From positions 1,920,001-1,984,000 of the forward strand of contig OZ251539.1 of NCBI GenBank assembly GCA_965243135.1: a DNA stretch of 64,000 nt, read 5' to 3'. A model generated the notes under the pieces. That model did no database searches. It worked only from the letters and a program-made list of their open reading frames with translations, and had not been told where the DNA came from. The translations under genes were made by a program, and so were the position numbers. The DNA is from Alphaproteobacteria bacterium (GTDB lineage Bacteria > Pseudomonadota > Alphaproteobacteria > MPNO01 > UBA830). Below are positions 32,702 through 42,578 of this stretch, piece after piece (within the stretch, counting starts at the first letter, position 1; every line of letters begins with the position of its first letter).

Positions 32702-32730
32702 AGATTAGGCCGCCGCGCCGGAGCCGTCAA
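32702..32730 (-). promoter_or_regulatory. Leaderless sigma70-like promoter of copy J
   Basis: TTGACG-N17-TAATCT-N6-ATG. Confidence 0.7.
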
Positions 32731-33158
32731 GAAGTCGGCGGCGGGGGTGAGCAGGCCATGAGCGTTTGGTACCGGACATATCGTCTGTTACTGACAGCCT
32801 AAAAAAGCCGAGCGCGCCCAAGAAATGACGTTAGCCAACCGGTCTCGGACCCTTGAACTCTTGCGGCGGCGGGCCGAGGCGAGCAAGGTTCCGAAATGAG
32901 ATCCCTGCGAAGCGCTACACAGACGCTCGGCAATCTCCGTCGCGAGGCGGGCTTCGCAGCGAGTCAAGCGTCCGCCCCCTCGTCCAAGGCCGCCGTGCGG
33001 CGTTCTTCGCAACGGCAGCGCGTTCCCGGATCTCTACGCTGACCCCAAAAGGCGCATTCCCGCTACGCTTCAGGCACCTACCGGTCGGCCGACGCGCGAG
33101 CGGCAAGCGCTGCCGCCGGGCAGCGCAACCGCAAGGCTGGCCGACGCGCGGCGGCGAC

Positions 33159-34370
33159 TCACGCCGCCGCGGCGGCGCGCCTTTCCGGCACCAGCAGGGC
33201 AAAGACCCCGGCGAGTGCGGCAAGCGCGACCGCGATCCACCAAAGTCCGTCGTATCTCGCGGTCAGATCGAAGATCCATCCGCCGAGCAAGACCCCTGTC
33301 GCCGCGCCCAGGGAATGGCCGCCGAACAGCAGCCCGAGCGTAAGGCCCATAACTCGCAAGCCGATATGCGTCGCGACGATATTGGCGATCACCGGGAAGG
33401 TGGCGAAGTTGAGAACGCCGAAGAGGGCCGCGAAGAGAAACAGGACGGAGATGTCGGCCGCGACGAACAGCAGCACGACGAAGGCCAGAGCGCGGCCGAA
33501 GAACATGCTCGCCAGCAGTCGCGGGCGATGGACATGGTCCGCCATCCACGAAAACAGGACGACGCCGGCGAGATTGCCGATCCCGTGAACCCCGTAGGCG
33601 GCGGAGCCCTCGACGAGGGTGAAGCCGCAGGTCAGGGCGTAGGGAATGAAGTACACGTCGATTATCCCGGCCGTCGTGAAGCCGCACAGCGCGAAGGCGG
33701 CGAGCAGCAGCAGAAAGGTCCGTTCCCGAAACAGGGACTTCAGGCGGTCGGACAGGGAACCGTCGCCTGCCGCCGCGGCGGCGGGCGGCGGCGGGTTTTC
33801 CGGCGGCGGCCTGAAACGAAGGACGACCAGCAGGGAGAGCGCCGCCATCGCGGCGCCCAGGATCAGGTAAGAAGTCCGCCAGCCGAGCGACGCGATCATG
33901 ACGCCCAGAAGCGACAGGACCGGAAGCTGTCCTCCGGACGCGCCCGAAACGGCGAGGCCGACCGCCAGTCCGCGCCCGCGAACGAAGTAGCGGGAAACCG
34001 CGGCCGTGACCAGCGGCAGCGAGACGGCCGCCCAGCCGGCTCCGCCCACGAGTCCGAACAGAAGGTAGTAGTGAAGCGGTTCCGCGGCGAAGGCGGTGCC
34101 GCCGATGCCGGCAGCGAGGGCGATCAGCCCCGCGGCGAATATCGGCTGCGCTCCGTAGCGGTCCATCAGGTTGCCCGCCACCGGCGACCCGACGGCCATC
34201 ATGACCAGAACCAGGGAGGCGCCCGCCGACGATTGCGCTCCCGTCCACCCGAGTTCCGACTGCCAGAACGGGAGAACCATGCTCACGGACGACCGCGCGC
34301 CGAAAGTGAAGGCCAGCGCGACGAAGCAGGTCGCGACGACGATCCAGCCGGTGCGCGTCTGGCCGCTCAC
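33159..34370 (-). CDS. MFS transporter, intact source of the eroded copies
   Basis: About 12 TM segments, GNLMDRYG and WMADHVHR motifs; start uncertain (GTG 34370 or up to 34469). Confidence 0.88.
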   Translation of the reverse strand: MSGQTRTGWIVVATCFVALAFTFGARSSVSMVLPFWQSELGWTGAQSSAGASLVLVMMAVGSPVAGNLMDRYGAQPIFAAGLIALAAGIGGTAFAAEPLHYYLLFGLVGGAGWAAVSLPLVTAAVSRYFVRGRGLAVGLAVSGASGGQLPVLSLLGVMIASLGWRTSYLILGAAMAALSLLVVLRFRPPPENPPPPAAAAAGDGSLSDRLKSLFRERTFLLLLAAFALCGFTTAGIIDVYFIPYALTCGFTLVEGSAAYGVHGIGNLAGVVLFSWMADHVHRPRLLASMFFGRALAFVVLLFVAADISVLFLFAALFGVLNFATFPVIANIVATHIGLRVMGLTLGLLFGGHSLGAATGVLLGGWIFDLTARYDGLWWIAVALAALAGVFALLVPERRAAAAA

Positions 34371-34479
34371 CGGAGTCGCGCTCCCGCGCCGCGCCGCCCG
34401 GCGAAACGCCGAAAACCCGCCCCGGCGCCGGCCGCGAAACGGCGCGCCGCCGAAAAGGGACGGCCGCAAAAGAGCCGCG

Positions 34480-34971
34480 TCACAGGAAATCGCGCAGCAT
34501 GGCGATCAGCGGGCGGTCGGCGGGCGGCATGGGGTAGGCGCCGAGGCGCGCCGGCTTCACCCACGCAACCTGCTGTCCTTCCATAGGGTTCACGCGGCCT
34601 CCCCATTTCCGGCAGACGTAAAGCGGCATCAGCAGATGAAAATCGTCGTAGCGGTGAGACGCGAAGGCGAACGGCGAAAGGCAGCTCTCCTCGACGTCGA
34701 CGTCGAGTTCCTCCCGAAGCTCCCGGATCAGCGCCCGTTCCGGCGTCTCCCCGCCGCCGATCTTGCCGCCGGGGAATTCCCACAATCCCGCCATGGACTT
34801 GCCCTCCGGCCGCCGCGCGATCAGAACGCGCCCGTCGACATCGAGGAGGGCCGCCGCGACGACGAGAACGACCGGTTCTCCCGCCCCGCGGCGCGGCGCG
34901 GAACCCGGAGGCGCGCCCGGCCCGCGAACGCCGGGCGGAGCGCTTCGCGCTTCAGGACCGGTAATCGGCAT
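34480..34971 (-). CDS. mutT: 8-oxo-dGTP diphosphatase MutT (Nudix)
   Basis: GLWEFPGGKIGGGETPERALIRELREELDV; overlaps the argJ stop. Confidence 0.92.
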   Translation of the reverse strand: MPITGPEARSAPPGVRGPGAPPGSAPRRGAGEPVVLVVAAALLDVDGRVLIARRPEGKSMAGLWEFPGGKIGGGETPERALIRELREELDVDVEESCLSPFAFASHRYDDFHLLMPLYVCRKWGGRVNPMEGQQVAWVKPARLGAYPMPPADRPLIAMLRDFL

Positions 34972-36181
34972 TGATGGAGATATAGTCGTGGGTCAGGTCG
35001 CAGGTCCATACGGTGGCGCGGCCGCCGCCGATGCCGAGGTCGACCTCGACGTCGATCTCCTCGCCCTTCATGTGGGCGGCGACCGGCGCTTCGTCGTAAC
35101 CCGGAACCGCCCTCCCCTTGTCGGCGACCGGAACGCCGCCGATGCTGATGCGCAAACGGTCGCGGTCGGCTTCCTCTCCCGCCTTGCCCACCGCCATGAC
35201 GATCCGCCCCCAATTGGCGTCTTCTCCGGCGATCGCCGTCTTCACCAGCGGGGAATTGGCGATCGAGAAGGCGACGTTGCGCGCCGCCCGGGGCGACGCC
35301 GCGCCGGTCACGGTGACGGCGACGAACTTGCTCGCGCCTTCGCCGTCGCGAACGATCTGGTGCGCGAGATCGAGGAGGATTTCGTCGAGGGCCGAGCGGA
35401 ATTGCCGCAGGCGCGGATCCGAGGCGTCGACGACCGGGTCGTGCCCGGCCGCGCCGGTCGCGAACAGCAGAACCGTGTCGCTGGTCGAGGTGTCTCCGTC
35501 GACGGTGATCGAATTGAAGGACTTGTCGGCGCTCCGGGACAGAAGCCGCCGGAGCGCGGCGGCGCCGACCGCCGCGTCCGTGAAGACGAAGGCCAGCATC
35601 GTCGCCATGTCGGGCGCGATCATGCCGGATCCCTTGGCGATGCCGCAGACGACGACTTCGGCGTCTCCGACGCGCGTCTTTCTCCACGACCCCTTCGGAA
35701 AGGTGTCGGTGGTCATGATGGCCTCCGCGGCCTCTTTCCAGCCGTGCGGGGCCAGGGAGTTCCGCAGGCTTTCCAGCGAGTCCCGGATGCGCTCGTCGGG
35801 AAGGGGCTCGCCGATCACGCCGGTCGAGGCGACGAGCACGTGGGATCCGGAGCACGACAGCACGTCCGCCGCCTTCTCGACGGTGCGTTCGACCGACTTG
35901 CGGCCCTCGAGTCCGGTGAAGGCGTTGGCGTTTCCGGCGTTCACGATCAGCGCCCGGGCCTCGCCGGCTTCGAGCGCCTGCCGGCACCAGTCGACCGGCG
36001 CGGCCGCCGTCCGGGATTTGGTCAACACGCCGGCCGCCCTGGTGCCGGGCGCGAGCGACGCGAGAAACACGTCCAGCCGTCCGGCGTAGCGCAGGCCGCA
36101 ACAGGCGGCCGCGAGCGAAACGCCCGGAACGGGCGGCATGTCCGGAAAGCCGCCGGGGGCGAGCGGCGAGAGCTTCTTCAT
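34952..36181 (-). CDS. argJ: Ornithine acetyltransferase/N-acetylglutamate synthase ArgJ
   Basis: NAGNANA, STGVIG, IMTTDT, KGSGMIAPDMATML, DGDTST, DGEGA, WTCDLT..YI.INADYRS. Confidence 0.97.
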   Translation of the reverse strand: MKKLSPLAPGGFPDMPPVPGVSLAAACCGLRYAGRLDVFLASLAPGTRAAGVLTKSRTAAAPVDWCRQALEAGEARALIVNAGNANAFTGLEGRKSVERTVEKAADVLSCSGSHVLVASTGVIGEPLPDERIRDSLESLRNSLAPHGWKEAAEAIMTTDTFPKGSWRKTRVGDAEVVVCGIAKGSGMIAPDMATMLAFVFTDAAVGAAALRRLLSRSADKSFNSITVDGDTSTSDTVLLFATGAAGHDPVVDASDPRLRQFRSALDEILLDLAHQIVRDGEGASKFVAVTVTGAASPRAARNVAFSIANSPLVKTAIAGEDANWGRIVMAVGKAGEEADRDRLRISIGGVPVADKGRAVPGYDEAPVAAHMKGEEIDVEVDLGIGGGRATVWTCDLTHDYISINADYRS

Positions 36182-36551
36182 GCGCCTGTCCGTTCTCTCA
36201 AGCGGCCCGCAACGGCCGTATCGTTCATGCGCACCCGTCCGGCGTAACGCAGGCCGCAACAGGCGGCCGCGAGCGAAACGCCGGGAACGGGAGGCATGTC
36301 CGGAAAGCCGCCGGGGGCGAGCGGCGAGAGCTTCTTCATGCGCCTGTCGACTCTCTCAAGCGGCCCGCAACGGCCGTATCGTTCATGCGCACCCGTCCGG
36401 CGTAACGCAGGCCGCAACAGGCGGCCGCGAGCGAAACGCCGGGAACGGGAGGCATGTCCGGAAAGCCGCCGGGGGCGAGCGGCGAGAGCTTCTTCATGCG
36501 CCTGTGGACTCTCTCAAGCGGCTCGTAACGGCCGTATTGTTTATGCGCACC
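36078..36551 (-). repeat. Three tandem 158-bp units covering the argJ upstream region and first ~34 codons
   Basis: Start codons at 36181, 36339 and 36497, spaced exactly 158 bp. Confidence 0.92.
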
Positions 36552-36601
36552 GAAACTAGGTTACTGCAACCTCCGCAAAAACAAATCATTCCATAGTGGC
36601 A

Positions 36602-37447
36602 TTATTGCGCGGTGCCGGTCGGCGCAGGGCGCAAACGCTGAAACAAGCCGTCGGGCTCGTAGCGCCTGATGCGGGCGCTTTCGATCAGCCTTTCGGCGAG
36701 ATCATCCGCGATTTCCCGCGACATGTTCTCGAACAACTCCTCGCGCGCCTCCTCGAAAGAGGGCGGCTTGAGTCGCCGCCTGTCCTCCAGCTTGATCACG
36801 TGCCAGCCGAAGGGAGACTGGACCGGCGCCTTCGTCGTCTCGCCTTTTCCGAGCGCGAACGCCGCCGCTTCGAACGAAGGCGCCATCTGGCCGCGTCCGA
36901 AGTAGCCCAGATCGCCGCCCTTGTCCCTGGACGGGCCGATCGAGTTCTCGGCCGCGAGTTTCGCGAAATCGGCGCCCTCTTCGAGGCTCTGGATGATCCG
37001 GGCGGCTTCCGCCTCCGATCCGACGAGGACGTGGCGGACGCGAATCTCTTCCGCGGCTTGCTCGACCGTCTTCTTGTAGCGGGCCCGCAGGGCTTCTTCG
37101 TCGATGCGGGCGGAGACTTCCTTTTCGAGGAGCATCTCGCCGAGCAGCCGGTCCGTCAGCACGGCCAGGCGCTGTCTGTATTCGACGCTTGCGTTAAGCC
37201 CTTGTGCCCGCGCCCGGCGCACGAAGAGCTTCGTCCGGATCAGCCGGGCGAGGAGGGATTGATAGACCTCCTCCAGCGGCAGATGCCGGTATCGTTCGGG
37301 GAGCAGCACCCGGGCGGCCTTGAGGTCCGACAGACGCAACTGGTGGCCGTTCACCTCGGCGACGACCGGGTCTCCGATCTGCGCCTGGGCCGGCAGGGCC
37401 AGGAACAGCGCCGCGGCGACAGCGACGACGGCGCGGGGAGGTTTCAA
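36602..37447 (-). CDS. Periplasmic parvulin-type peptidyl-prolyl isomerase (PrsA/PpiC-like)
   Basis: Signal peptide; RVRHVLV, DFAKLA..S, GGDLGYF, FEAAAFAL, PVQSPFGWHVIKLED. Confidence 0.93.
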   Translation of the reverse strand: MKPPRAVVAVAAALFLALPAQAQIGDPVVAEVNGHQLRLSDLKAARVLLPERYRHLPLEEVYQSLLARLIRTKLFVRRARAQGLNASVEYRQRLAVLTDRLLGEMLLEKEVSARIDEEALRARYKKTVEQAAEEIRVRHVLVGSEAEAARIIQSLEEGADFAKLAAENSIGPSRDKGGDLGYFGRGQMAPSFEAAAFALGKGETTKAPVQSPFGWHVIKLEDRRRLKPPSFEEAREELFENMSREIADDLAERLIESARIRRYEPDGLFQRLRPAPTGTAQ

Positions 37448-37510
37448 TCGGGGATCCTCCGGTTTCGGGGGCGGCGGGGAGGCGGGCCGGGGCGGCCCGC
37501 CTCCGCGGTT

Positions 37511-40500
37511 TCAGAAGCGCACGGCGAAGTTGACGCCGCCGTCGAACGCGCCGTTGCCGCTGCCGCGCGCCGCGTATCCGGCGGCGGCCCGCAGCGCGTA
37601 GCGCCCGTCATCCCAACTGCGCGAGCCGCCGATCCCGACGCGGGCTCCGGTCTTCCGCGCCTCGGTCGTCTTCAGCGTCGCGTCCGAGATCGTCGCCGTC
37701 CGCTCGTCCGAGAACTCGTGCGTCGCCTCGACCGAGCCGAACAGCTGCAGGCCGTCCTCCATCAGCGCCTCGACCCGCGCGCCGACGCGGCCCATGAGGC
37801 TCCGCGCGTCGTCCACCGACACCTGCTGCCGCGCCTCTCCGTTGATCGTTTCCGCGAAGTCGAGCGACACTTCCGACCACGCCAGGCCGACAGCGGGCGT
37901 CACCGTCAACCCGTCGCCCACGTCCGTCCGCCGGCCGACCTCGAGGCTCATGGCGAAGCCCCGGCCGTCCGCGCCGTCCGTCAGCACCCCCATCGTCCCG
38001 GAGGTGAGCTTGACGTCGTACCAGGTCGCCATCGCCTGCCCGTCCACGTGGAAGCCGTCGCCGAGGAACGCCGTGCCGTGCACGCCCGCGCCGACACCCG
38101 ACAGCTCCATCTCGCCGCCGGAACCCGACATCTCCGCCGAACCCTGCAGCCCGCGCAACGACACGCCGAACCGCCCGTCGCCGTCCATCGCGAGGTCCAT
38201 CCCCGCCTGCACGCCGTACCGGCGGTAGTCGAAGGCCGCGTTCGGCGAATTCTTCGCCTTCCACTCGCCGCCCGCGCCGTCGATCCGCGCCCAGCCGCCG
38301 TTGCCGTCACGCGCCGCCGACATGCGGTCGCCGTAGGTCGGCAACCCGTTCATCGCCAGCAGCGCCGACGGCAGCGCCTCGTAGAGGCGGCAGCGCTCCA
38401 TCCCGCAATCGGAATCGAAGGAAAGGCCCGGGCCGTCGCCGCGGTCAGGCATCATGTCGCCGTCGCCGTCGCCATCGCCATTCGGCAGGTCTTTCGTCGG
38501 CATCGCGCATTCGCCGCTCTCGTCAAGCTCCCGCCCCCTCGCGCATGCTTCCAAGTCTGCGAACGAGTCATTCAGCCTAGGGTTCGCCATGCCGCCGCCG
38601 TCAGGCACGGGCGCGGACAGATAGTAGCCGGTCTCGCGACCGCTGTCCCGATCCGTCTCGGCGACCCGGACAGCGACTCCTTGCGCGCCGCCAGGTTCGC
38701 TGACGACGTCGCCCCCGACGGCGCCCAGCCTCTCCGCCGCGTCGTCGGTGCCCTCCCGCGTGAGGCGGCCTTCGCTGTCGGCGAGGAGGGGATCCTGGCG
38801 CACGGTCACCATAGTCTCGCCATTGGCTCTGAGCGAAAGCGTCGCGCCGTTGGCCGCTATCCGGCCCTTCGGACCGACGGTGACGCTGCCGCCGCCGTCG
38901 AGATCGACCGCCGCCCGCGCGCCCGCGCCGCCCCTGACCTCGCCGTCGATGCGGATCTCCGCCCGGCCGGGATCGTTGACCAGGATCGCCCGGCCCGAAG
39001 ACCCGGCGTGCACCTTGCCCATCTCGCCGACCGTCAGCGTGCCGCCGCCCACGAGATGCACGGCCGCGTCCGTGCCGCCCGTCACCATGCCGTTCACGGT
39101 GACGGTCTGCTTCAGGATGCGCTCGGCGCCCGTTCCCGTGGCGCCCGCGTTGGCGACGTAGATGCCGGCCCTGTCGCCCTCAACGGTCGCGTCCGCGGCC
39201 ACGGTGACGTCGATGGCGCCGTTGTTGACGTGATGCGTCGCGTAGTAGGCGCGAATGCCGTCGCCGCGCGAGGCGATGGAGCCGCCGTTCATGGCGACGC
39301 GGATGCCGCCCGGGTTGTAGCGGCCGATCAGCGCCGTCACCTTGCTCCAATAGTCCTCGTCATCGGCTTCGTCGTCCGTGAAGCCCGCCGCCGTGAGCGC
39401 GTCCGCGAGGTCGTCCGCGTCGGCGCCCGTCGACAGCGCCGCCAGCACGTCCTTCTCCCCCTCCGAGAGGCCCAGCGCCAGGATGTTCCGCAGCAGGGCT
39501 CTCGTGGGCGCGTCGTTCGTCTGGAGATACGTCACGATCTCCTCGTCCGTCACGCCGGCCAGGCTCGTCGCGGTCGAGTCGATGGCCTCGAACACCGACG
39601 TCGCGATGTCGAACCGAGCGTCCCCCAGCACCGCCCTGAACTGCGCGACGTAGGCGTTGTTCGCGGCGGTGGCGCCCGTCGGCACGGCCGTCATTTGCGC
39701 CGTATTGTCCGCGAACGCGCCCGGGTCGTCGCCCAGCGCCACTTCCCTGATCACGTCGCGCCGGGACATGACCTGGGCCTCGACCCCCGCCGCCCCGCCG
39801 TAGACGCCCTCGGTGGCGTCGTCGCCCTCCAGGGTCTGCATGGAGAAGAGCATCGTGTTGGCGAACGTCCCGGAGAACCTGCCTGCGTCGCTCTGGGAGA
39901 CCACGTCCTTCTCCGCGTCCGTCACCCCATGCGAGAACGAGCCCGTCCACGTGACGTCGATCACGTCGGACTTCCCGTCGTCCCGCGTCGCGACCGTGTA
40001 GTCGGGCGCGTCGCTGAAGACGCTGTGGCCTCCCACCCTGGCGTAGAGGCCCGTGCGGCCCATGATCGCGCCGCCCTGGGAGATCTTCACCTGGTTGTCG
40101 GGCTCCAAGTCTTCGAACAGCGTGGCGTAGACGGCGTCCCCCGACTCGGAGATGAGGGTGGCGTCGGCACCGAAGGTATGGAGGACGTCGCCCGTGCCTC
40201 TGTTGAAGGCCTGGATGGCGTTGCCGGGGGAGCGCAGCGTCCCGCCCATGACGTCGACCGTCACGTCGCTCGAATCGCCGGACTTGTTCCGGGCGGAGAC
40301 GGCGCTGTACACCGTGCTCCGCACGGTTCCGCCGGTGTTGGTGACGGTGACGGCACCCTCGCCGTTCCTGGTGACGACGATGGGGCGCTGCGACGTGATG
40401 TCGCCGCCGTTGGAGATCGTGACGTCGCCCGTGTGGTCGTCGGTGTCCGTCACCCAGATGCCGTAGTCGTCCCCGAAGATCGAGCCGCCGGTGGTCGTGA

Positions 40501-42280
40501 TGGTGACGTCGCCCCCGGCCGCGCCCCTCTGCTTCTCGACCCGGATGCCCTTCTCGTGCATGTCGTCCGCCGTGCCGATGTTGCCGCTGTTGCGTACCGT
40601 GACGTCCCCCGTGCCGAGATCCTCGACCAGGATGCCGTCCCAGTCCGCCGCCGCCGTCTTCTTGATGTCGCCGCTGTTGGTGACCGAGATGGCCCCGGTC
40701 CCGGTGGGCGCGCTGCGCCGGACGAAGAGGCCGGTCTTCGGGGTGGTGATCGTTCCCGCGTTGTCGATGGTGATGTCGCCCACCCTGTTCGCCGACGGAA
40801 TGTTGGCGAAGATGCCGTGCTGGGCCGTGGAGGTCAGCGTGACGCCTTCGGAGACTTCGAATATGACGTCGCCGGCCTGGGAGTGCGACGCCTCCAGGAT
40901 CGTGTCGCGCGACTGGATCGATCCGCCCGTGACCATGATCCTGATGTCGCCCGTGTTGTTCGCGGCGACGTCGTCGTTGTCGGCGATGTTCGCTTTGATG
41001 CCGCCGGCGGCGGAGACCACGATGTCGCCGGCCGAATGGGTGATGGAGATGCCGACGGCGCTCCCGGCGATGTTCTTGTTCCTCACGTTGACGTTGATGC
41101 CCAAGCCGGTCGACGTGATGTCGCCGCTGTTGGTCACCGTGGCCACCTTGGTCGCGGGGGCGACGAGGCTTCCCTGTTCGAACAGGAAGATGCCGAACGA
41201 GCTGGCCGCGGTGGCGGTGAGGGCGCCGCTGTTGGTGATCGAGGTGGTGCCCCCCCTGCCTCCGTAATTGAGATAGATCGCGTGGCCCGCCGACGCGACG
41301 GCGGCGGTATTGGTGATCGTGGCGTCGCCCGTGGCGGTGCCGGCGCGATTATTGTAGTTGAGATAGATGCCGTACCCGCCGGTGGCGCCCGAGCCGTAGG
41401 TGATGGCGCCTCTGTTGGTGATCGTGGCGTCGCCATGCCCGCGATCGTAGTCCAGCTCGATGGCGCCCTGGTTCCCCGTTCCGGCGTTCTTCGTGAGGAC
41501 GCCGCTGTTGGTGATCGTGGCGTCGCCGGTGGTGGTCGACATGGTGTTGCCGCCGCTGCCGGTCGTGTCGCCGGCGAAGTAACGCAACTGGATGACCCGC
41601 GTTCCCGCCGTGATGGCGCCGGTGTTGGTGATGGTCGTGGCGGCAGTGGTGTCGGCGCTGTCTCCCCTGTTGACGTAGATGCCCGCGCTCACCGAATGGA
41701 TCGCGCCATGGTTGGTGAACGTGGCCGCGCCGGTGCCGAGCCATACGTTGGCGCGGATGCCGTGGCTGCGCATCGGGGCGCTCGACGTCCCGATGGTCAC
41801 GCCGGCGTTGACGGTCAGCGTCGTCGTGGACGCGCCCGTGCGCTGCTGGTTGACGTAGATGCCGTTGCCGGCGTCGCCGGTGTCCGTGTTGGTCGCGTGC
41901 CGAGCGATGGCCACCTGGTTGGCGGTGGCGCTGGCGCCGCCGACCGTGAGCGCGAGGCCGCCGGCGGCGGCGCCGTCGCTGTCCAGGGTGATGGCGTTCT
42001 TCCTTTCGTTGCCGGAGCCGGCCGCGGCGGTGACCGCCCACGGCGTCGAGCCGCCCGGCACGACGACCGTGGCGACGTTGTTCGCGCCGGGCGCCGCATT
42101 GACGTACAGGATGCCGCTGCCGAAGGTGCCGCTGCCGCCGCCGTGGGTCGCGGTGCAGGTGGCGGTCTGCGCCGTGCTGGAGATCGTCCCGCACTCGTTG
42201 TCCGCCCGCGCCGCCTCCGGCGCGAGGAGAAGAAGAAAAGGTACCGCCGCGCAGGCGGCGCGCATGACGAAGCGTTTCAT
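37511..42280 (-). CDS. Autotransporter adhesin 1, 1589 aa
   Basis: Signal peptide, T/G/N-rich ITNxG repeats, C-terminal beta-barrel ending in F; AGGGAG RBS. Confidence 0.88.
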   Translation of the reverse strand: MKRFVMRAACAAVPFLLLLAPEAARADNECGTISSTAQTATCTATHGGGSGTFGSGILYVNAAPGANNVATVVVPGGSTPWAVTAAAGSGNERKNAITLDSDGAAAGGLALTVGGASATANQVAIARHATNTDTGDAGNGIYVNQQRTGASTTTLTVNAGVTIGTSSAPMRSHGIRANVWLGTGAATFTNHGAIHSVSAGIYVNRGDSADTTAATTITNTGAITAGTRVIQLRYFAGDTTGSGGNTMSTTTGDATITNSGVLTKNAGTGNQGAIELDYDRGHGDATITNRGAITYGSGATGGYGIYLNYNNRAGTATGDATITNTAAVASAGHAIYLNYGGRGGTTSITNSGALTATAASSFGIFLFEQGSLVAPATKVATVTNSGDITSTGLGINVNVRNKNIAGSAVGISITHSAGDIVVSAAGGIKANIADNDDVAANNTGDIRIMVTGGSIQSRDTILEASHSQAGDVIFEVSEGVTLTSTAQHGIFANIPSANRVGDITIDNAGTITTPKTGLFVRRSAPTGTGAISVTNSGDIKKTAAADWDGILVEDLGTGDVTVRNSGNIGTADDMHEKGIRVEKQRGAAGGDVTITTTGGSIFGDDYGIWVTDTDDHTGDVTISNGGDITSQRPIVVTRNGEGAVTVTNTGGTVRSTVYSAVSARNKSGDSSDVTVDVMGGTLRSPGNAIQAFNRGTGDVLHTFGADATLISESGDAVYATLFEDLEPDNQVKISQGGAIMGRTGLYARVGGHSVFSDAPDYTVATRDDGKSDVIDVTWTGSFSHGVTDAEKDVVSQSDAGRFSGTFANTMLFSMQTLEGDDATEGVYGGAAGVEAQVMSRRDVIREVALGDDPGAFADNTAQMTAVPTGATAANNAYVAQFRAVLGDARFDIATSVFEAIDSTATSLAGVTDEEIVTYLQTNDAPTRALLRNILALGLSEGEKDVLAALSTGADADDLADALTAAGFTDDEADDEDYWSKVTALIGRYNPGGIRVAMNGGSIASRGDGIRAYYATHHVNNGAIDVTVAADATVEGDRAGIYVANAGATGTGAERILKQTVTVNGMVTGGTDAAVHLVGGGTLTVGEMGKVHAGSSGRAILVNDPGRAEIRIDGEVRGGAGARAAVDLDGGGSVTVGPKGRIAANGATLSLRANGETMVTVRQDPLLADSEGRLTREGTDDAAERLGAVGGDVVSEPGGAQGVAVRVAETDRDSGRETGYYLSAPVPDGGGMANPRLNDSFADLEACARGRELDESGECAMPTKDLPNGDGDGDGDMMPDRGDGPGLSFDSDCGMERCRLYEALPSALLAMNGLPTYGDRMSAARDGNGGWARIDGAGGEWKAKNSPNAAFDYRRYGVQAGMDLAMDGDGRFGVSLRGLQGSAEMSGSGGEMELSGVGAGVHGTAFLGDGFHVDGQAMATWYDVKLTSGTMGVLTDGADGRGFAMSLEVGRRTDVGDGLTVTPAVGLAWSEVSLDFAETINGEARQQVSVDDARSLMGRVGARVEALMEDGLQLFGSVEATHEFSDERTATISDATLKTTEARKTGARVGIGGSRSWDDGRYALRAAAGYAARGSGNGAFDGGVNFAVRF

Positions 42281-42578
42281 GGCAAAAACTCCCTGATTCG
42301 CCCCCGCCCCCAAGCGCGAAACGCAGGGAAGGCAAGGCAACTAGGCATGTTGACGGGCCGCAACATACACGCGTTCCCATGCCCGCGCAAGCCCAAATTT
42401 CCGACGCGCTTCCCGCCGCCGCCCCGAACGGATCCAGCGCTCCGCAGCGCCGCCTCGTGTGCGCCGAAAACCGCCCCCGCCCGGCCGCGAAAGCCGAACG
42501 CGACACGCCGCCGTCAACGCGGCGGGCGCGAAGGCCGCCGGACTGCGGGCCGGGGATTTCCGGCCCGCCGCGGCGGTT

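Noticed and set aside
8702-32761. 500-690-aa plus-strand ORFs opposite each nuclease gene
   Set aside because: Antisense shadows that recur only because the sense gene is repeated.
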